Sequence record: PQ464590.1
Direction: 5' to 3' (one strand)
Length of the DNA: 64,000 bases
Part shown: piece by piece, positions 26,231-36,260 of the stretch
Layout of the letters: every line of letters begins with the position of its first letter
Numbering within the stretch: the stretch's first letter is position 1
Translations under genes and position numbers: made by a program
Notes under the pieces: generated by a model
What the model saw: the letters and a program-made list of their open reading frames with translations, nothing else
What the model was told of the DNA's origin: nothing
Database searches by the model: none

Positions 26231-29200
26231 ATGTCGAATGAATTTAAGTTCCAGCCTACCACTGTGGCAGATGCTGTACAGAAGAAGCTTTTCATCAAAA
26301 GATTACCAGAGTGGATGCAAGGCTTAGAACAGATCCAAACTTTTTGCGGTGATATAATTCAGCAATGGTTCAATCCTGCTGAACAAGAAATCGTGGACGG
26401 TTATATTGGTGATCGTGGTACGCCAGCAGCAGCAGGTAAGATCTTCATCAAAGAGAAAACCGAACAGCGTCAAGATTATCAGCTATCCCCAGTGTATGTT
26501 TCACGCAACGCTGATACTTCAGTGCGTTCAATGCAATTTTACGAAGATTTAGTTGGTTATATGTCCCACTATGGTGCGTTGGCAGATAATCAGTCACGCC
26601 TATTCGACGGTAAATTTTATTCATGGACTCCACCAATTAACCCTAACAAAATGATGAACTACAGTTCTTATGTTTGGGACAATGATAACGAATTCGGTCT
26701 TTCTCCAGACTACATCGTAATGGAACGCGGTGCTGATAACGGAAACACTTGGTCTTTACAGAACTTTTGGTACACCGTAGGACAAACTCTATCCGATGGT
26801 ACTGTTCTAACCGACGAAATGACTCTTGATTCACGATTCACTCATGCTCAAGCTCCAATTATTGAATATAACAAAAATATTGAGCTATTAAATTACGGTA
26901 CTAAATTCCGTGGAGTTGTTGATTACCTATCCGACTCTTTACAGCCTGAAGATATCGTACAAAAATCTCTAGCTGATAGTATTCGCATTGATGGTTTTAT
27001 CCTTAAAGCTGGTGATCGTATTCTATTCACCAGTATCGGTAATAGCGGCGAAAATAACCGAATCTATAAAGTCTATATTAAACGTATGGATGACGGTACT
27101 CAAGTTTATGGCCTAGCATTGGATGAAGATGAAGAATCACAAGAACGACCAACAGGTGAACCACTACGTGGAGATGTAGTTCTAATTAAATCTGGTAACG
27201 TGTATGGCAACACTGCTATGTACTGGACAGGTTCTATTTGGACTAGAGCACAAGCTAAACCAGCAGCAAACACTGCACCATTGTTCCAGTTATATGATAA
27301 AAACGGAACTAAACTAGACGATCCTCAAATTTATGCAAATAGTACTTTTAAAGGTTCTTCTCTATTCGGACTAAAGATTAATTTCGATTACAACTTTAAC
27401 AGAATTTATAATGCGAACGTAGAACTAAGTTCTTACAACTACTATGTGTTTGAAAACTTCATGCAAAGTGTTCGTTATGAATACGAAAAAGTTGGCGTTT
27501 TAACTGAAATCCCTGGATTGTACTTCTACAACGTAGTTGACAGTACTGGTGCTATGAATCTAAAATCTGATTGGGTACGTAGTTCTGAATATTCTAAGCA
27601 GTATGTTCGTCAGGTTCCAGAAGTAACCAAAACTTCAATGTATAATGTTTTCAGCACTGTGCAAGAAATGAATTCTTTCCCTAATCCAGTAGAAAACATG
27701 TACGCATACGTAATGGATGTGGATAGTACTTACAAATATTACAAAGCAACTAACAGTACTTTCATGGATTGGCACTTAGAACCATCAAACGATGCAGTTC
27801 CATCTGAAGTATATGAACACACTTATGAAGTTGCACAGAACATTGATCCGACTAATGATTCTGATGTTTTCTTGTTAGAAATTGATGGCGTTGAAAGCAC
27901 TGATTATACCTTCAATTTAAATTTAGATGGTAAAGTTGAATCTGTTGAAATAGATCAGAGTGTTGAAATCAATGAAGACACTGTGATTGTTATCAGAACT
28001 TACAGCCCAACTGAAGTTCCTGATTTAACTCTAGGTTCTTATGAGATTCCTATTAACCTACAAAATAACCCGTACAACGATTATATCAAATATATCGACC
28101 AAAGTTTATATACTCCGCACTTCAATGAAATTATTTCTCGCAACATTACTTCTGGTAAAGTTGATGACTATAATAACTATGAAGAACGTCTATCACTAGG
28201 TCTAGTTGATAATAGCGTTGGTACTAAGATTATTCAAAACGAAGCTTCCATGCTTCCACTAATGATTAACACTGCGAACGAAGACATCGATCTATTCGAA
28301 GCTATTATGTTCATGCAGACTGAATACTTCCGATTCGTTAACAAGTTTAACGCACAGATGATTTCAATGTACGATGCAGATCCGTCCGCATTTAACGCAA
28401 ATAGTGCTACCAATATTGTTGATGCTATTTTTGACATTATTAACGTAGGAAAAAATAGTTCCTTCCCATTCTATCTAGATGGTATGGGTTCATCACCTAC
28501 TAATATTCGTGCTTTCGTACCACCAACTCCACAGTTCATTGGTATTTTAAAGGCATTCGCACCACAAAAAGCAACTTATTTGTATGCTGGTAGTGAGATG
28601 GGTTGCTATAACGTATCTCATACAGGTACTATCTCTAAAGCATATAAAGTACTGAATGGTGTTACTAAGATGGATGACGTTATTTTTGAATTGGAATCTC
28701 GTATTTTCAATAGCATTGATAACGCATTTAAAGATATCGATTATGTTCCTGCAATGGAAAGTAATAACTTATTCCCTACTCCGTATTTCACTGACACTGA
28801 TTATACTGCTGAGGAGAAGAAAACCTTATTACTACGTGGATACATTAACTTCATAGCTACTAATGGTATTGATAATGGAACACGTAATTATGACCAAAGT
28901 AACTGGATGACTTGGAACTATAAAGGAACCAAATATGTTGTTGACGGTGTTGTAACTGATTACGTTGCAAGTGGTTCATGGCGTGCCATATATTCTGACA
29001 TGTTCGGTACGTATCGCCCAGCTACCCACCCGTGGGAAATGTTCGGATTTGCACAACGTCCAACTTGGTGGAATCAGGAATATGAACCAACCAAGATCCG
29101 TCTAGGCGAAGATCCAACTGATGTGGTTTATGTTTATGAAGCAGAGGTTGTTGACGAAAATGGACAATTAGTTCCTAGTGGACTATGGGATGTGAATGGT

Positions 29201-32200
29201 GTTAAAGGAGATGCAAGTACTGGTACTATCCTTTATGGACATAACGCTGGTACGTATGCTAAATTTAAACGTTTTGGTACGCAGCCATTTACAATTGAAA
29301 GTACTGGTAAATTTACCTCTGATGGTGAAGAAATTCGCACCTTCAAACTAATTGCTCCTGAAATTCTAGGTTTAGTATCTGGTTCATTGAACTACCGTGC
29401 AGAACCGTGGGCATATGGTGACATGGGTGAAATGGAATTCACGTACAGAAACACTGCTATGTTCAGTTATGACCAAGCACTACTGTTGTATCGTGCTAAA
29501 CCAGCACAGTTCGCAAACTACTTCTATGATACTCGTGGTAGTACAATTAAAGACGTATATACTGGTCTTCCGCAATTCCTATTCGGTGAAACCAACCAAC
29601 GCTTGAACTGTAACAGTACTACCATCGTCAATGGAGAAAATAACAACCGAGTTTTAGGTTATCAAATGTTCATTAGTGATTACTTGACCTATGAGCACAA
29701 AGATATTACTACAAAATATGGTGATGTATTACGTAATTCACATATTAATATTGGTCATAAACTTAGTGGGTTTACTAAAGAAGATCAATTAAGTTTCTAC
29801 GCTGAAAGCTTTGGTTTAATTTCACAAGAGAACCAACACATTGGTTTAGTTCGTAGTTCATCACTACGTGATGAATCTATGAGTGCTGTAGAAATCACAT
29901 GGACTGGTACTGGTTATAAAATTGGTGGTTATGATTTAGTTGGTGCTAAATTCCCTTACCTTGTTCCTAATAAGAACGGTAAGAAACTAACAACTAAAGT
30001 TGGAACTCGTTCAGTAGTTCAATATGTCAATTATACCAATGAAGTTCGTGTTATTGAATATGGCACAGTACTGAATTCATTCCAAGAAGTATTCACATTC
30101 CTATGTGGATATGGTGAGTACTTGGAGTCTCGTGGATTCATTTTTGAGGAACATGACGAAAATGGTGATCCACTAAACTGGACTCGAATTGCTAAGGATT
30201 TCTTGGCATGGAGTGCTGGTGCATTGGTTCAAGGTGATTACATCTCTTGTTCACCAAGCTCGGAAAGTATTAAGTTCGGTTCTGATTTTGGCTCTGTTCA
30301 ATCCGTTGCACAATTCAACGGTGGTGTATGGACTTTATTGGATGATAACAATACTGGTATTCGTCCATATGAAATCGAAACGGCTCGTATTGGTAATGTA
30401 TTGACTGTTAGAACTACTGTAGAATCTGATAAACGCATTGCACTTATTCGTTTAAGTCTAGTTGCGTATGAACATGCAGTAATTTTTGATGATACTACAA
30501 TCTTTGGTGATAAGATTTACATTCATACGTATGGTTCTATTCAAGAACTAATAAGAATGTACGGTTATGTCACTGGTGGTTGGAATGGTCGCTTAGAAGC
30601 ACCAGGATTTATCATTTTGGAATCTGGAACTATCCCTGATTTTGAAAAACTAGTAGATGACTTCACACATTACTACGATACTGAAGATCCTGTATCTGAT
30701 GTACAGCTACGTGCACTTGCTCGTCACCTAATCGGTTATCAGACTCGTGAGTACTTGAATAACATGATTACTTCAGAACCAGCACGTGTTGATTTCTACA
30801 AAGGATTCATTCGCGACAAAGGTACTAACCAAGTACTAGAGCGTGTATTGCGTGTGTCTAAGTCTTATAATACTGAAGGGTATAAAGCACTTCAGGAATG
30901 GGCTTTTAAAGTTGGTGAATATGGCAACGTTAATGGTAAGAAAAATTTACAGTTCCAATTGTTGAATAACCAGTTTAAACAACAACCACAACTGGTACAA
31001 TTTGATGTTAACGCTACTGCTGAAACTTCTGGTAATGATATTGTGTATTTTGGTGGCATTGGTGAGGATTCACGTTGGATTACTCGTCCACATGGTGATT
31101 TCGCGTTCCCTATGCGTTCAGGTCGCTCTGAAAATATCAACCTACCGGATATTGGACCAGTAACATTGGATGAAGTATCGTACGTTACACGCGATTTTGG
31201 AAGCACATATCTAGACCGTATGACTTACATTGCAAATAACGATAAAATGCCTGAATCTGTTTGGGTATTGGAAGATGCTGACGGAAACTGGAACATTTAT
31301 GATATCGAAGCTACAGCGGTTCGCCTTAAAAGTATTGAGCCAATCATTACTGATGACCAATATGCAGTACAGAAGGTCAAATTAGTACTGAATGGTGCAT
31401 CTGGTATGAATAACGGCGATACTTACTTCTTCGTTGATGAATCTGACTATATGCCAGATGCATTACGTGTAGAAAGTCAGTACTTCAACACAGGTGACTC
31501 TTCAGTTCTCATTGTTGCACTAGATACTAGCATTAGTTTCGACTTCACCGGTGCTGAACCAGTAATGTATCGTTATGTTCCACGTTTCAGTACTACTGCT
31601 GAGAAGAAAAGTTATATTGACCACAAATACTCATTCAAAGCAGTTGAAAGTACACTATTTGATAAAGCCAGTACTTATAACTCAATGACTAACGTTATTG
31701 AATTATATTTGAACACCTATGATCCTATTAATGGGGTTCTACCTGGGACAGCTATGGTAGATGTGAAACATATCAGCACTCAAGACCCAGCAACGTACAA
31801 TAGTGAGGGTGAAACCATCCTAGCGTGGGGTTCTGATAAAGTTGGTGATGTATGGTGGGACACTTCTAACGCATTCTTTATGGATTATACTAGACCAATA
31901 TTTGATTCTAACGGAAACATCGACACTGATGCAACATTAGAGTACAAACGTTATAACTGGGGTAAACTTCTACCACAAGGTTCTATCGATGTACTTGAAT
32001 GGGTTAAATCACCAGTTGAGCCGTATAATTGGAGCCAATACTGTGTAGATCAACAGAAGAAAAACAAAGGTGAAAACAAAAACATGCCGTCAGGCACTGC
32101 ATTAACTGAAAACTACTCTTATTTTGTTGAATATGATGCTGTCACGAATACATACGTACCAACTTATTATTTCTGGGTCAAAGATACAATCTTTGTTCCA

Positions 32201-35200
32201 GACGTAAAAGGCCGTACTAAACCGTGTAACGAAATTGCACGTATCATTCGTGATCCATCTGTGCTAGGAGTTCCTTGGTTCTCCCCGATTGATGAAAACT
32301 CTTTCATTCTATCAAATATGCAACACGATATCAACGATGATAAGAGCATCTTGACTATTTCGTACAAAGAAAATCATGACGACATCGTTAAGCATGAACA
32401 ATATCAGTTATGTAAAGAAGGTGATAATTACAACTTCAACCCAAGCATTTGGACATCTTTATGGAACTCGTTGGAGTGCCAAGAAACTCTAAATGACGGA
32501 ACTGTTCATGAACTATCTTACCCAAGTACTGAACTTGGATTAGGAGCAAGTAAAACTTGGTTCATGTATCCAATTGAAGCCCGTAGAAACTTTGTTAGTT
32601 CTGCTAATAGAATCTACAAGGGTATCAACATGGTTACAAACACTGTTGCTATGAATGAAGTGTTCAATGTTAAAACGCAAGCTACGAACCCGAATGAAGT
32701 AGGATTCAAAGTACTGAACTATAACAATGAACTAGTAATTACTACTAATGAAAATAAATTTGTAGAGAACGATGCAGTTCTAGTTAATACGAATGGTACT
32801 TTACCTGCACCTCTTAACAGAACTAGTGTTTACTTCGTACATTTCGATGAGAATAATTATATTCATCTAATGAATAGCCCAAGTACCTCTGGGAACGCGG
32901 TTGTTATCACTCTAGAAAACCGTGGCGAAGGTCAACACACAATGATCAAACAGTCTGATTACATCGATGCTCTTGGAACTTCACTTGATATGACAATGTA
33001 TTGGGATTTGGCTGATTGGTATGATGAAGGGTATGACGAATATTCTGAGTACACTGAAGAAAGTAGTATCCAAATTGCTAATACCAAGAACTATCAAGTA
33101 GGTGACTTAATTCGTATTACGGATGCTGATGGTACATGGACTCTATACGAGAAAACCATGTCTCGTGGTACAGTACAATGGGTTGCTGTTGGTCGTCAAA
33201 ATAGTACTATACAATTGAACAACCTATTGTATAATGGGTATACTCAATATGACAGTACTGGTAAGATAACCAACACCGAGAAAAACGTTCGTGCGGCTTT
33301 GAACCTATTGAAGAATTCCTTCTACGGTGAGCAAAGCAATGTAGTATTTGATATGGTGAAATATGTTCACACTGAACAACAAGTTGTGGATTGGGTGTTT
33401 AAAACCTCCTATATCTACATCGTTGGTCTAGATCAATCATTACAAAGTAATTACGACAATGATACGAACCTAATTGGTGATATCGTTCAGTACTTTGAAG
33501 AAGTAAAACCATACAGAACTAAAATTCGTTCTCAGATTGAACAAAAAACTTCTGATGAAGACGAAATCAACGGACTACTCAACGATTTAGATCCTAACGG
33601 ATACATTTATGTTGATGGTGCTTGGATTAAAACACAAAAAGATATTTGGGACTATGAACGTGCAGAGTATAATACAGTGTCACAGAAATGGGAAATTGTT
33701 GGCTCTCTACCGAGTGACTTTGTTACTCCGAACCGTAGATTCCAGGAAATCGATGTAATACTTGATTTTGATAATATCCAATGTAAACCATCCAAGAACT
33801 TACAAGACCGTCAGGTTCTAGAAGACGTTAACAGCAAGTACCAAAGACAAGACCAGGACTTCTTGGTTAGTGGTTCTCATTATAAACTTCAACGTTTTGA
33901 GTACACTACTCCAGTTGAACCAGATATTGAACATAATGCGATGATGATCTCTTTAATTAGTGAAAAATATCCGCAATTCAACCCAGTATTTGGAATCTCT
34001 GCTGGTGTAGCTGAATTACTACAAGGTTTCAATAACGATTTGGTCAAAACTGAAGAATTAAATTCTTTCATCCAAAGTACCAGTGACTCGGTATTTGGGT
34101 CTGACCAAGAAGTTCAAGAAATCAAGAATTATCTTGACTATAATACCTTAGCGAACCGTTTGAAGTTGTATACCACTAAGAGTGACTCAGCGATCAGTAA
34201 TGAAGTTGACTGTCCATTCAAAGGTCTAGCACTAAGTGATAATCCAAGTACTCGTTTGCCATTTGGTTTCAGTGCGAGTTCAGATTATAACTATGGTTAT
34301 GTTAACTACTCTCAAGAAATGTATAACAAGATTCTTGAATTAGCTCGTGCAGCAATGCCGAACTTAACAGGGGATGATTTGTATGCATATGTCGAAGAAG
34401 AGTACGGCTTGTATCCGTGGCGTATCGATAAAGAGTCCAATGGACGCTTCTATAGCGATGCTGTGCACGTTCTAGCTGCAATGCGTGGCATTGTTAACCC
34501 AGCCGACAGTGATCCGCTAAGTGCTGCGTATGCGATTCTAAACAACTCTGACATTGATACTTATGCAATGGTCATGGTTCCACGTAAATTCGTTTACTTG
34601 TTGAGCCAAACGACCCCTGGTGTTGATTATTCAATTCCAATTGATAAGAGCATTGAAGAGTATATGGAAGACTTGTTCATCACTGACAATGACATGGTTG
34701 TGCTTAGTCAGCCAACATTAGATGATATTCCAGAAGATATGAACAATCCATTATACTCTGATTATCAACAAATCTTGTCAGGTTTAAATGAAGCTAAGTA
34801 TTATGATGATATGAACGCATTTGATAACCTAGCACTAGAATCACAAACTAAGTTCATCGTTTCTGATGTTACTGGTCTAGCTAGTACTGCAACTGACCCT
34901 GTGTTTGTTGACATATCTGAGCTTAACCCGTCAAAAAGAGACATGGCACAATTGAGATTCACTGTTGATGGTTATGGGTTTGATACTGTAGTCGCAGACC
35001 AATTGAGAGATCAAGGTCGCTACCAAGTAGAAGGTTACATTATTCAGAACCCGTATAATCGTTCTGAGGCACTTGTTAGTATTCCTCGTTATGATGCAGC
35101 ACAGCAACATATGAACCGCGAGAACATCGTCAAGAATGAAATCAAGTACAGCTACCGAATTAAAGCAATCACTGGTCAAACTGGCGTAGTAACACTAGAA

Positions 35201-36223
35201 GGTACTAATGACTTTAAAGTTGGTGAAACTGTAGCAGTATTCGTTCCTAATGGTGAAGACTATGCAATTGCAAATGTTGATGGAACCTGGACTAATATCC
35301 TTCAGGTCAGTAATGTTAAAGACGGAAATCGTCCTAAGTTATTCAAAGTGACTAAGGTTAGTGGTAAAAGCATTACAATTGGTGGATTAATCTTTGATAG
35401 TACCTACAATGGTGCAGATGTCAAATGGCTAAGACACAATAGCCCAACTAGTATCAACGTTGTACGTGTAACATCGTTCACTGACCCAGAGTTCAGTACT
35501 GGAATTCAGAAGTACACCAACAATCGTTCTTATCGTGTTGATGCACTTGATTATGATGTATTCTACGATACCTCTCTAATCGGTGGCACTTACACAGATG
35601 GTCTAGTACCAGATGAGTATGATGAGTGGTACTGTACTAATGAAATGCAGACTTTACCTGATGGCTCAGTTATCGATAACGGTTATTACATGCCAGTGTA
35701 CGGGAAAGGTGTTCTAAGCGAACTTGTTCGAGCTAAGACAACTGATTCTTTAGAGATTTTCGTATATGAGTATAAAATAGCTGATATTGGACCTCAACGA
35801 AATGGTGATGGCTGGTTGTATAGCAAACCGTTGATTGATGATACATACATCAATAATAACTGTACGGTAACAGTACTATTCAAATCTTTAGACAACTACA
35901 CGTATGTAAGTACTCCGAAGAGTGCTGGTGACGCTACCATTTTAAATAATGTTGTGTCAATGAATGGTGTACAGTTTGAAGATATTGTTAGTACTAAAGC
36001 TGAACAGATGCTGGTTCGCAACAACAATAACGTTCTTCGTGGTTATAACGGAACGGCTGAATATTACTATGAAAAAGACCAATATTATACAATCACTTCC
36101 TTGAACTTAGGTAATAGTGAAGATATTGTTGAGTACGGTAATGGTTATGCTGCGATCCCTGTATCAACGTATTCCAGTAGTCTAGTAATAAATGGAAGTA
36201 CTGTAGAAAAACTACTTAAGTAA
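26231..36223 (+). CDS. Giant virion structural protein (~3330 aa), probable baseplate wedge/gp7-like scaffold
   Basis: Uninterrupted 10-kb ORF after gp6 with its own late promoter and GGAG SD before ATG 26231; beta-rich, aromatic-rich composition. Product call is positional. Confidence 0.7.
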   Translation: MSNEFKFQPTTVADAVQKKLFIKRLPEWMQGLEQIQTFCGDIIQQWFNPAEQEIVDGYIGDRGTPAAAGKIFIKEKTEQRQDYQLSPVYVSRNADTSVRSMQFYEDLVGYMSHYGALADNQSRLFDGKFYSWTPPINPNKMMNYSSYVWDNDNEFGLSPDYIVMERGADNGNTWSLQNFWYTVGQTLSDGTVLTDEMTLDSRFTHAQAPIIEYNKNIELLNYGTKFRGVVDYLSDSLQPEDIVQKSLADSIRIDGFILKAGDRILFTSIGNSGENNRIYKVYIKRMDDGTQVYGLALDEDEESQERPTGEPLRGDVVLIKSGNVYGNTAMYWTGSIWTRAQAKPAANTAPLFQLYDKNGTKLDDPQIYANSTFKGSSLFGLKINFDYNFNRIYNANVELSSYNYYVFENFMQSVRYEYEKVGVLTEIPGLYFYNVVDSTGAMNLKSDWVRSSEYSKQYVRQVPEVTKTSMYNVFSTVQEMNSFPNPVENMYAYVMDVDSTYKYYKATNSTFMDWHLEPSNDAVPSEVYEHTYEVAQNIDPTNDSDVFLLEIDGVESTDYTFNLNLDGKVESVEIDQSVEINEDTVIVIRTYSPTEVPDLTLGSYEIPINLQNNPYNDYIKYIDQSLYTPHFNEIISRNITSGKVDDYNNYEERLSLGLVDNSVGTKIIQNEASMLPLMINTANEDIDLFEAIMFMQTEYFRFVNKFNAQMISMYDADPSAFNANSATNIVDAIFDIINVGKNSSFPFYLDGMGSSPTNIRAFVPPTPQFIGILKAFAPQKATYLYAGSEMGCYNVSHTGTISKAYKVLNGVTKMDDVIFELESRIFNSIDNAFKDIDYVPAMESNNLFPTPYFTDTDYTAEEKKTLLLRGYINFIATNGIDNGTRNYDQSNWMTWNYKGTKYVVDGVVTDYVASGSWRAIYSDMFGTYRPATHPWEMFGFAQRPTWWNQEYEPTKIRLGEDPTDVVYVYEAEVVDENGQLVPSGLWDVNGVKGDASTGTILYGHNAGTYAKFKRFGTQPFTIESTGKFTSDGEEIRTFKLIAPEILGLVSGSLNYRAEPWAYGDMGEMEFTYRNTAMFSYDQALLLYRAKPAQFANYFYDTRGSTIKDVYTGLPQFLFGETNQRLNCNSTTIVNGENNNRVLGYQMFISDYLTYEHKDITTKYGDVLRNSHINIGHKLSGFTKEDQLSFYAESFGLISQENQHIGLVRSSSLRDESMSAVEITWTGTGYKIGGYDLVGAKFPYLVPNKNGKKLTTKVGTRSVVQYVNYTNEVRVIEYGTVLNSFQEVFTFLCGYGEYLESRGFIFEEHDENGDPLNWTRIAKDFLAWSAGALVQGDYISCSPSSESIKFGSDFGSVQSVAQFNGGVWTLLDDNNTGIRPYEIETARIGNVLTVRTTVESDKRIALIRLSLVAYEHAVIFDDTTIFGDKIYIHTYGSIQELIRMYGYVTGGWNGRLEAPGFIILESGTIPDFEKLVDDFTHYYDTEDPVSDVQLRALARHLIGYQTREYLNNMITSEPARVDFYKGFIRDKGTNQVLERVLRVSKSYNTEGYKALQEWAFKVGEYGNVNGKKNLQFQLLNNQFKQQPQLVQFDVNATAETSGNDIVYFGGIGEDSRWITRPHGDFAFPMRSGRSENINLPDIGPVTLDEVSYVTRDFGSTYLDRMTYIANNDKMPESVWVLEDADGNWNIYDIEATAVRLKSIEPIITDDQYAVQKVKLVLNGASGMNNGDTYFFVDESDYMPDALRVESQYFNTGDSSVLIVALDTSISFDFTGAEPVMYRYVPRFSTTAEKKSYIDHKYSFKAVESTLFDKASTYNSMTNVIELYLNTYDPINGVLPGTAMVDVKHISTQDPATYNSEGETILAWGSDKVGDVWWDTSNAFFMDYTRPIFDSNGNIDTDATLEYKRYNWGKLLPQGSIDVLEWVKSPVEPYNWSQYCVDQQKKNKGENKNMPSGTALTENYSYFVEYDAVTNTYVPTYYFWVKDTIFVPDVKGRTKPCNEIARIIRDPSVLGVPWFSPIDENSFILSNMQHDINDDKSILTISYKENHDDIVKHEQYQLCKEGDNYNFNPSIWTSLWNSLECQETLNDGTVHELSYPSTELGLGASKTWFMYPIEARRNFVSSANRIYKGINMVTNTVAMNEVFNVKTQATNPNEVGFKVLNYNNELVITTNENKFVENDAVLVNTNGTLPAPLNRTSVYFVHFDENNYIHLMNSPSTSGNAVVITLENRGEGQHTMIKQSDYIDALGTSLDMTMYWDLADWYDEGYDEYSEYTEESSIQIANTKNYQVGDLIRITDADGTWTLYEKTMSRGTVQWVAVGRQNSTIQLNNLLYNGYTQYDSTGKITNTEKNVRAALNLLKNSFYGEQSNVVFDMVKYVHTEQQVVDWVFKTSYIYIVGLDQSLQSNYDNDTNLIGDIVQYFEEVKPYRTKIRSQIEQKTSDEDEINGLLNDLDPNGYIYVDGAWIKTQKDIWDYERAEYNTVSQKWEIVGSLPSDFVTPNRRFQEIDVILDFDNIQCKPSKNLQDRQVLEDVNSKYQRQDQDFLVSGSHYKLQRFEYTTPVEPDIEHNAMMISLISEKYPQFNPVFGISAGVAELLQGFNNDLVKTEELNSFIQSTSDSVFGSDQEVQEIKNYLDYNTLANRLKLYTTKSDSAISNEVDCPFKGLALSDNPSTRLPFGFSASSDYNYGYVNYSQEMYNKILELARAAMPNLTGDDLYAYVEEEYGLYPWRIDKESNGRFYSDAVHVLAAMRGIVNPADSDPLSAAYAILNNSDIDTYAMVMVPRKFVYLLSQTTPGVDYSIPIDKSIEEYMEDLFITDNDMVVLSQPTLDDIPEDMNNPLYSDYQQILSGLNEAKYYDDMNAFDNLALESQTKFIVSDVTGLASTATDPVFVDISELNPSKRDMAQLRFTVDGYGFDTVVADQLRDQGRYQVEGYIIQNPYNRSEALVSIPRYDAAQQHMNRENIVKNEIKYSYRIKAITGQTGVVTLEGTNDFKVGETVAVFVPNGEDYAIANVDGTWTNILQVSNVKDGNRPKLFKVTKVSGKSITIGGLIFDSTYNGADVKWLRHNSPTSINVVRVTSFTDPEFSTGIQKYTNNRSYRVDALDYDVFYDTSLIGGTYTDGLVPDEYDEWYCTNEMQTLPDGSVIDNGYYMPVYGKGVLSELVRAKTTDSLEIFVYEYKIADIGPQRNGDGWLYSKPLIDDTYINNNCTVTVLFKSLDNYTYVSTPKSAGDATILNNVVSMNGVQFEDIVSTKAEQMLVRNNNNVLRGYNGTAEYYYEKDQYYTITSLNLGNSEDIVEYGNGYAAIPVSTYSSSLVINGSTVEKLLK

Positions 36224-36229
36224 CAAAAC

Positions 36230-36260
36230 AAAAAGGAGCCGAAAGGCTCCTTTTTTTTTT
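36230..36260. terminator. Bidirectional terminator between convergent genes
   Basis: A5-GGAGCC-gaaa-GGCTCC-T10. Confidence 0.85.
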
